A DNA stretch of 61,327 bases. It comes from Candidatus Sumerlaeia bacterium (GTDB taxonomy: Bacteria > Sumerlaeota > Sumerlaeia > SLMS01). A program made the translations under genes and the position numbers. Below are positions 55,199 through 61,327 of this stretch, in pieces. Positions within the stretch are counted from its first letter, which is position 1. Each line of letters opens with the position of its first letter. The notes under the pieces were generated by a model. It was not told the origin of the DNA and searched no databases. It saw nothing but the letters and a program-made list of their open reading frames with translations. The DNA is taken from contig JBBQYG010000004.1 of the NCBI GenBank assembly GCA_038208905.1, positions 1 to 61,327 of the forward strand. Reading direction: 5' to 3'.

Positions 55199-55267
55199 GT
55201 TTGCTCGCAGCGTGAAACATCGCCCCGATCCTCTCACCACCCGTCCCCCCACTCCAACTTCTTCGCC
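55199..55267. repeat. direct repeat copy B (overlaps the stop and last codons of the rsm22-like gene)
   Basis: GTTTGCTCGCAGC...CACTCCAACTTCTTCGCC. See copy A. Confidence 0.7.
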
Positions 55268-56193
55268 CGCTTATAGTCCTCCCTGTCGCTCCGGGATACC
55301 TTCTCGACAGCGAGCGTTCCCTCGCGCGTGCAGAGCGGGAGTTCCACGGCGGCCTTGTGGGCGTTGGCGGGTGCGATGATGCGGGGTGGGGTATTGGGGG
55401 CGGGGTGGCGCGTGGCGGCGAGGTAGGAGAATTTCTCGTCCTCGTAACCGAGGGCGCCGCCCTTGAGTTGGCGGTGCAGGCGCGTGCGGGGAAGGCGTTG
55501 GGCGAAGTGGCACCAGCTTGGGGTGCCCTCCATCGGGCAGGGGAGGGCGTGGGGGCACGGCGCGGCGAGATGGGCCCCGAGGGCGAGCAGGCGCCCGCGC
55601 GCGGCGAGGACTCCGTTGAACGCGGCGGGCGTGCCGGGCTCGACGAGGACGAGGGCCCCAGCCGTGGCAGACCACGCGCGGTCGATCAGGTCGCGTTGGG
55701 TGGTGGGGTGGAGTTCGTTGAAGGCGTAGGACACGACCACGAGGTCGGCGGTGGGGAGTTCCCCCGCGAGCGCGTCGCGCCTCAGCCACGTCGCCCCAGA
55801 AACGGCATGGCTGCCCGATGCGCGCGCCAGTCGCGAGCCGAGGGCGTGAAAGCCGGGATCGGCCTCGACGGCGGTGGCGTGGCTGAGAGTGGGAAACACC
55901 TCCACCGCCGCCCAGAGCGCCGTGCCGGGGCCCGCGCCGAGGTCGAGGATCGAGGCCGGAGCAAAATCCGGCATGGCCTCGGCCAGCCGCCCGAGGGCAT
56001 TGCCGACCGCGGCAAACGTCGCGGGAACGCGCACGGCCAGATAAGCCAGGCGCTCCCCTTCTGAAAGCGGCCCACGCGCCGTGCCGGGATCGCGATAGCG
56101 CTCCGTCAGGCTGGCGGCGGCCCGGGCAAGGTTGGGCGTGCGGGCGGCGGAGATTTCCTCCTCGATGGCGGCGGCAAATTCAGTGGGGAGCAT
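55234..56193 (-). CDS. Rsm22-family SAM-dependent methyltransferase
   Basis: AYLAVRVPATFAAV, ILDLGAGPGTALWA (SAM motif I) and a Cys-containing C-terminal part (CPH..PCP...WCHF) match the Rsm22 layout. Confidence 0.6.
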   Translation of the reverse strand: MLPTEFAAAIEEEISAARTPNLARAAASLTERYRDPGTARGPLSEGERLAYLAVRVPATFAAVGNALGRLAEAMPDFAPASILDLGAGPGTALWAAVEVFPTLSHATAVEADPGFHALGSRLARASGSHAVSGATWLRRDALAGELPTADLVVVSYAFNELHPTTQRDLIDRAWSATAGALVLVEPGTPAAFNGVLAARGRLLALGAHLAAPCPHALPCPMEGTPSWCHFAQRLPRTRLHRQLKGGALGYEDEKFSYLAATRHPAPNTPPRIIAPANAHKAAVELPLCTREGTLAVEKVSRSDREDYKRAKKLEWGDGW

Positions 56194-56306
56194 CGGTCAA
56201 TATCCTCTTTCCACCGCAACGGGCGGTCCCTTCCCCCTTGCGGCGCAAGGCGGAATCCCCACAGAAACAAGTGTCGTCCCCATTCCGGAGGAGAGATAGC
56301 GCGCCC

Positions 56307-57242
56307 ATGATCGAAATCCGTGGCGTTACCAAGATATACAAGGATCTGGTTGCGGTGAACAACCTGAACCTGACGATCAATCAGGGCGACATCTTTGGCT
56401 TCATCGGGCCCAACGGCGCGGGGAAGACCTCCACGATCAAGATTCTCGCAACGCTCCTCAAGCCGACCCAGGGCTATGCCATGGTCGGCGGCTACAACGT
56501 CCTGACCCAGGCCGACGAGGTGAAGCGCGTCATGGGCTACATGCCCGACAGCTTTGGCGTGTACGACGACATGCGCGTGTGGGAGTACCTCGATTTCTTT
56601 GCCGCCGCCTACAAGATCGAGAAGACCCGCCGCAAGCAGATCATCGACGACGTGCTGGCTCTCACGGATCTGTCGCACAAGAAGGACGACATGGTGGACG
56701 CGCTCTCTCGCGGCATGAAGCAGCGCCTCTGCCTCGCCAAGACGCTCGTGCACGATCCCCAGGTGCTGCTCCTCGACGAGCCCGCGTCGGGCCTCGATCC
56801 GCGTGCGCGCATCGAGCTGCGCGAGCTGCTCAAGGAACTCCGCAAGATGGGAAAGACGATCCTCATCAGCTCCCACATCCTCACGGAGCTCGCGGACTTC
56901 TGCAACACCATCGGCATCATCGAGCGCGGCAACCTGCTCTATGCGGGCGACATCATGGAGATCACCAATCGCCTGCGCGGCGGACGCGCCGTCGAGGTCA
57001 AGGTCCGCGAGGGATTCGAGCAGCGCGCCGAGGAGGCTTTCCTCAACAACAAAAGCATCGTGAAAGTCGATCGCGAGGGCGCCCTGCTCACCGTCAGCCT
57101 CCCCCTGGACCTTCAGGCCGACGCCGACGCCTTCGTCACCGACATCCTCGTCGAGAACGGCATCAAGTTCAACTCCGTCAAGGAACTCGAGATCGACCTC
57201 GAGGACGTGTTCATGCAGGTGACGAAGGGGATTGTTCAGTAG
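56307..57242 (+). CDS. ABC transporter ATP-binding protein (ABC-2 type) with a C-terminal extension
   Basis: GFIGPNGAGKTST is the Walker A, LSRGMKQRL the signature, LLLLDEPASGLD the Walker B, and SSHIL the H-loop. The start is the ATG at 56307. Confidence 0.85.
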   Translation: MIEIRGVTKIYKDLVAVNNLNLTINQGDIFGFIGPNGAGKTSTIKILATLLKPTQGYAMVGGYNVLTQADEVKRVMGYMPDSFGVYDDMRVWEYLDFFAAAYKIEKTRRKQIIDDVLALTDLSHKKDDMVDALSRGMKQRLCLAKTLVHDPQVLLLDEPASGLDPRARIELRELLKELRKMGKTILISSHILTELADFCNTIGIIERGNLLYAGDIMEITNRLRGGRAVEVKVREGFEQRAEEAFLNNKSIVKVDREGALLTVSLPLDLQADADAFVTDILVENGIKFNSVKELEIDLEDVFMQVTKGIVQ

Positions 57243-57365
57243 GGGGAATGGGGATTCGGGAATGGGATGCTGCGAGTAGTGTGATCCAAAAAACGCGATG
57301 GGGAATGGCCAAACGCTCAACGCCGAGCGAAGCACCATTCCCCATTCCCATTTCCCCATTCCCTA
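57240..57365. repeat. inverted GGGAATG-type G-tract arrays spanning the ABC/DUF1343 convergent junction
   Basis: The + strand reads TAGGGGGAATGGGGATTCGGGAATGGGATG. The minus strand reads TAGGGAATGGGGAAATGGGAATGGGGAATGG. Both begin with the respective stop codon. An extra direct copy, GATGGGGAATGG, lies at 57298-57308. Confidence 0.75.
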
Positions 57366-58586
57366 CTTGTACAACAAATACTTCTCCCGCGCCGCCATGA
57401 AGGCATCCATGTTGGGCTTGTCGGCGGCGAGGATGGCCTCGGGGGTGAGCTTGTCCTCGGTGAGGCGCTTCCACGTGGTGGCGCTTCCGGTGAGCGTGCC
57501 GAAGCCTTCGGACGCCTTGTACTCAACGGGGTGGATTTCGTGGATCGTCTGGACCATGTGAAGGCCGGTGCGGACGCATTCCAGCTTCTCCCGGTCGGTG
57601 ACGATGGCAAAGATGCCGCCGCACTTCTCGTCCTTGAACTTGTGATACGGCGCCGTGGGGGTGAAGGAGTAGGAGACGAAGCGGATGCCCGGGAGCGCCT
57701 TGGCATTCATCGCGGCGGCGACCTTGTCGCCATCCAGGAACGGCGCGCCATACATCTCGAAGGGGCGGTCGAGCCCGCGGCCCATGGAGAGCGAGGTGGT
57801 CTCCGATGCGCCGAGCCCGGGATACAGGATCGCGCCGTTCAGCGTCCGCATGTTGGGCGACGGGTTCACCCACAGCAGGCCTGTCTCGTCCCAGTACATA
57901 TTGCGCTTCCAGTTCTTCATCTCGATGACCGTCAGGTCGCATCCAATTCCAAAGTGCTCATTGAACATCAACGCCAACTCGCCCACTGTCATGCCGTGGC
58001 GGGTGGGGATCGGGTGGATGGCGGTGTTCTTGCCCGCCAGTTCCTTTTCGCAGACGAGCCCATCCACGATGTGGCCGCCGATGGGGTTGGGGCGGTCGAG
58101 AACGATGAAGGCTTTGCCGTTCTCCTTCGCGGCTTCCATCGCCTTGGACATCGTGCCGATGTAGGTGTAGAATCGCGTTCCTATGTCCTGCATGTCGAAG
58201 ACCAGCACGTCCACCTCGGTCAGCATTTCCGGCGTGGGCTTCTGGGTCTTGCCATAGAGGCTGTGGACCATCAGGCCCGTCTTCTCGTCGAGACCCGACG
58301 CGACCTTCTCGTCTGCGGTGCCGCGGATGCCATGCTCCGGGCTGTACAGCGCCGTCAGGTTCACCTTGGGCGATTCGTGAAAGATGTCGATGATCGACTT
58401 GTTGTCGCGGGTCAGGCCGGTGTGGTTGGTGATCAGACCGACTCGCTTGCCCTTGAGCGGCGCGAAGTTCTGCTGAATCAGGACGTCGATGGCGGGAAGC
58501 GTCTCGCCGCGCTGGGCCGACGCACCGACGCTTAGCCATGCCAGCATCGGCAGGAGCAGCAGGAGAGCACGAAAGCGGTTCGTCAT
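57363..58586 (-). CDS. DUF1343 family protein (NamZ-like exo-beta-N-acetylmuramidase)
   Basis: GKRVGLITNHTG, ALYSPEHGIRG, LVFDMQDIGTRFYTYI and VLDRPNPIGG are present. Confidence 0.8.
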   Translation of the reverse strand: MTNRFRALLLLLPMLAWLSVGASAQRGETLPAIDVLIQQNFAPLKGKRVGLITNHTGLTRDNKSIIDIFHESPKVNLTALYSPEHGIRGTADEKVASGLDEKTGLMVHSLYGKTQKPTPEMLTEVDVLVFDMQDIGTRFYTYIGTMSKAMEAAKENGKAFIVLDRPNPIGGHIVDGLVCEKELAGKNTAIHPIPTRHGMTVGELALMFNEHFGIGCDLTVIEMKNWKRNMYWDETGLLWVNPSPNMRTLNGAILYPGLGASETTSLSMGRGLDRPFEMYGAPFLDGDKVAAAMNAKALPGIRFVSYSFTPTAPYHKFKDEKCGGIFAIVTDREKLECVRTGLHMVQTIHEIHPVEYKASEGFGTLTGSATTWKRLTEDKLTPEAILAADKPNMDAFMAAREKYLLYK

Positions 58587-58768
58587 AAGAGGGGGTCCTC
58601 CAAGGGGGTTGGTGCGAATCGGGTGCGATCATTGAGAATTGGCCCGCAGAGTGCTGCGATTGCCGCGATTGGGTTGCGCTGCAATTATTGGCCGCGGACT
58701 CACCCTCCGCACGTCGTCATCTCACAAGGGTAGCAGCCACCATCGACACTCCCGACCGCAAGAGCATA

Positions 58769-59410
58769 ATGACCGACCTGCGGCGCTCCATTGCCACGGG
58801 GCGACTTGCCTACCAACGCGGCGAACGCGTGCGCCTGGGGGATCTGCTTTCCGGTCTTGGCGAGAGCGGCGGCGCGATGACGACGTTTTTGCTCGCGGCA
58901 CCATTCGTATCCCCGTTCAGCCTTGGTCCCCTCACGGCGCCCGCAAGCGCGGTGATCTTTGTGGTGGGTTTTCAGATGCTTAAGGGACGCCTCGATTTTC
59001 CCATCCCAGCCAAGTACTTGGCCGTCCCCCTGCCCGCCAGCATTTTCCGCTTCATGCGCCGCGTTATCGCGCGGCTGTCGCGGTGGTTCCGTTGGCACCG
59101 GATCGCGATCCTGCCGGAAAACCCCCAAGCCGAGCGCCGCGATGTGCTTCGCATCTCTAGTGTCTTGGGAATCTTCGTCGGGGCCCTATTGCTTGCAGTG
59201 CCGGTTCCAATGCTACCTCTCACAAACACCTTCCCGGCGCTTGCGATCATGGCATTCAGCATCGCCCACCTGCGCCGCGGCCCGCGCGAGATGATCTGGG
59301 GCATCGTCCTCGCTGTTACCTCCGCTCTGATATTCGCAGCGCTTGGCCTGACGATCTTTCTTCTCGGCGCAGAGGGAATCGCGCACCTGCGAGAGTATTT
59401 CGGCTTATAG
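58769..59410 (+). CDS. ExoD-family membrane protein
   Basis: RVRLGDLLSGLGESGGAMTTFLLAAPFVSPFSLGPL......I.......G resembles the ExoD N-terminal signature, and 4 TM segments follow. The start is the ATG at 58769. Confidence 0.6.
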   Translation: MTDLRRSIATGRLAYQRGERVRLGDLLSGLGESGGAMTTFLLAAPFVSPFSLGPLTAPASAVIFVVGFQMLKGRLDFPIPAKYLAVPLPASIFRFMRRVIARLSRWFRWHRIAILPENPQAERRDVLRISSVLGIFVGALLLAVPVPMLPLTNTFPALAIMAFSIAHLRRGPREMIWGIVLAVTSALIFAALGLTIFLLGAEGIAHLREYFGL

Positions 59411-59427
59411 GGGCTCCTCCCAGGGCA

Positions 59428-59448
59428 GCATGGCCATCTTGGCCATGC
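59428..59448. terminator. perfect 9-bp hairpin between exoD-like and pepF
   Basis: GCATGGCCA-TCT-TGGCCATGC. There is no adjacent T tract. Confidence 0.4.
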
Positions 59449-59524
59449 CCCGCCAGCCTTCGACTTCAGATGGGCCCTCGGGTGAACTCACACGGGCAAG
59501 ATGCGCCGTGTTACCGTGGTTGCC

Positions 59525-61327
59525 CTACCGCGCCAGCGCCAGCTCGTCCAACAGGCCCGACAGCTCGCGCACGGCTCCGCGGAATTCGCTGAACGCCCCC
59601 TGCAGCGCCGCCGGATCGGAAAGATTCACGCCCGCCTTCTTCACCGTATCCAGCGGGTCCATGCTGCTTCCCGATTTCAGGAAGCCCAGATAGGCATCCC
59701 GCCCCGCCGCGCCGGAGAGCACCTGGCGGTTGAAGATCTGGGCCGCGGTGAAGCCGGTGGCGTACTTGTAGACGTAGAAGTTGTAGTAGAAGTGGGGGAT
59801 GCGCGACCACTCGCGCGCGATGCGCCTGTCGGCGGCCATGCGGGGGCCGTGATAGCGCGCATTCAGGTCGTAGTAGTATTCGTTCAGCGACTCCGCCGTC
59901 AGGGCGCCGCCCTTCTCCAGCCGCTCGTGAATCTCCAACTCGAACTCCGCAAACATCGTCTGGCGGAACAGCGTTCCCCGAAACGAATCGCACAGGTGGT
60001 TCAGCAGATACGCGCGCAGCGCGGGGTCGGATTTCGTCTCCATAAGGTGATGATGCAGCAGCGCCTCGTTGGTGGTGCTGGCAATCTCCGCCAGGAAGAT
60101 CGGATAGCCGGAAAGGCGATAGGGCTGGGCCTCCGCGCTGAGTCGTGTGTGCATCGAATGCCCAAGCTCGTGGGCCACCGTGAACACGTCGCTCAGCGTG
60201 CCATGGTAGTTGAGAAGCATGAACGGCTTCTCGCCATAGGCCCCCGTCGAATAGGCGCCGCTGCGCTTCCCCTTGTTCTCGTACACGTCGTACCAACGCT
60301 CGTCGAAGGATGCGACGACACCCTTGTGATACTCGGGGCCAAGGGGGCGCGTGGACTCCACAATCCATTCGCGGCACTCCTGCCAGTCCACCTCCATGCT
60401 GAAGTCCGGTACGATCGGCACGTGGATGTCCCACACGTTCAGATCGCCCTCAAGGCCGAGCGACTTCGCGCGCAGGTCCAGATACTCGTGAAAAATCGGG
60501 AGCGCCTCGTTCACCGCCGAAATCAGCGAGCGATACACCGCCGTGGGTACATTGTCATTGAAGAGCGAAGCCTCCAGCGCGGTGCCGTATTTGCGGATCG
60601 TCGCATTGAAGACGTGTCCCTTCGTGTTCCCCGCCAGCAGCGCGCAGATCGAGTTGGCATGATCGCCATACCCCGCATAGATCGACGCAAAGGCATTCTG
60701 CCGCAGTGTGCGGTCGGAGCTGAGCAGCAGCGAGTAGAAGCTGCCGCTCGTCACCTCGTGCTCCTTGCCGTCGCCATCCAGTGCGGGGGCAAACTTCATG
60801 TCGGCGTTCGTCAGCTTGCCGAAGGCGTCGCGAGCGGTGGAGAATATCTCGCCCGCAAGACCGAGGAGAGTTTCCTCCTCGGTGGAGAGCGTGTGCGGCT
60901 TCTCCCTCAGCAGCAATTCCATCGAGCGCCGATGCGCTGCGAGCGCGGGCGCGTCGATCCACGCGCGAAGCGTCGCCTCGGGATTCATCAGGATTTCCGG
61001 CTGCACCCACGCACGCTCGCCGGCGATCTTCGCAAGCTGGCCGCGCATCCGGCTCATCCGCGCCTGGCTCTCGCTCGCGCCCGTGTCCTCGTCCTCGCGC
61101 ATGTGGGCATACAGATAGACCTTGTCGATCAGCGGCCCCAGCGCGTCCTCCGCATCAAACACCGCGGCCACAGCCTCGGGAGAAGTCAGCTTTCCCTTCA
61201 ACCCCTGAATCGGTTTCACCGCCTCGCCGAGCCGCCCAAAGTCCGCCTCCCACGCCTCGGGAGTTGCATACACGGATTCCACGTCCCACTTGCTGGGACG
61301 CTCGATCTGGTCGCGGGTGCGGAGGGG
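59525..61327 (-). CDS. pepF: oligoendopeptidase F (M3B), 5' end beyond the window
   Basis: It carries the HELGHSMH zinc motif and the family-typical WDV..VY...EAWEADF near the N-terminus. The frame stays open upstream of the track Met at 61282 to the window edge. Confidence 0.85.
   Translation of the reverse strand, partial: PLRTRDQIERPSKWDVESVYATPEAWEADFGRLGEAVKPIQGLKGKLTSPEAVAAVFDAEDALGPLIDKVYLYAHMREDEDTGASESQARMSRMRGQLAKIAGERAWVQPEILMNPEATLRAWIDAPALAAHRRSMELLLREKPHTLSTEEETLLGLAGEIFSTARDAFGKLTNADMKFAPALDGDGKEHEVTSGSFYSLLLSSDRTLRQNAFASIYAGYGDHANSICALLAGNTKGHVFNATIRKYGTALEASLFNDNVPTAVYRSLISAVNEALPIFHEYLDLRAKSLGLEGDLNVWDIHVPIVPDFSMEVDWQECREWIVESTRPLGPEYHKGVVASFDERWYDVYENKGKRSGAYSTGAYGEKPFMLLNYHGTLSDVFTVAHELGHSMHTRLSAEAQPYRLSGYPIFLAEIASTTNEALLHHHLMETKSDPALRAYLLNHLCDSFRGTLFRQTMFAEFELEIHERLEKGGALTAESLNEYYYDLNARYHGPRMAADRRIAREWSRIPHFYYNFYVYKYATGFTAAQIFNRQVLSGAAGRDAYLGFLKSGSSMDPLDTVKKAGVNLSDPAALQGAFSEFRGAVRELSGLLDELALAR

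Noticed and set aside
1-61327. CRISPR arrays, transposases, reverse transcriptases and known defence-system genes
   Set aside because: Reading through the window I saw no regularly spaced direct repeats and no ORF with transposase, integrase, RT, nuclease-helicase or other defence-type motifs. The only repeats are those listed as features.

Overview
GC-rich bacterial chromosomal segment, densely coding on both strands and mostly housekeeping. I support about 50 CDS, two decayed toxin-antitoxin pseudogenes, one tRNA-Ala(CGC), and several hairpins and repeats. Recognisable genes include tgt, mutL, a moxR-DUF58-BatA-like operon, rsfS, yqeK, pfkA, pdxH, lnt, dtd, folP, rpmH-rnpA, proB, ychF, a leuB-family dehydrogenase, gap and pepF. 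I found no CRISPR array, transposase, integrase, prophage or known defence system. The supplied ORF track holds many long spurious ORFs (antisense or 5'-extended), which is typical of high-GC DNA. I trimmed starts wherever homology or a Shine-Dalgarno sequence supported it. Six things are not explained by ordinary annotation. (1) An AT-rich, strand-biased decamer, YGTCTATACA, is far too frequent for this composition, and inside genes it is spelled with apparently rare codons. (2) G-tract heptad arrays (GGGATGA and GGGAATG types) sit in inverted orientation immediately after, and include, the stop codons of two convergent gene pairs. (3) A tightly coupled co-directional gene string (1697-9325) contains a LarC N-domain-only protein with His/Asp-rich tails at both ends, a catalytically degenerate GspE/PilB-like protein, and an endonuclease-III-like Fe-S-loop::RadC fusion. 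(4) A 164-bp element with perfect 27-bp terminal inverted repeats lies inside the moxR operon. (5) A single beta-lactamase-family gene is bracketed by imperfect direct repeats that duplicate the 3' end of the neighbouring gene. (6) A roughly 0.5-kb stretch with no credible ORF (39717-40258) ends in a weak terminator-like hairpin. All functional calls come from reading motifs in the translations; no database search was run.
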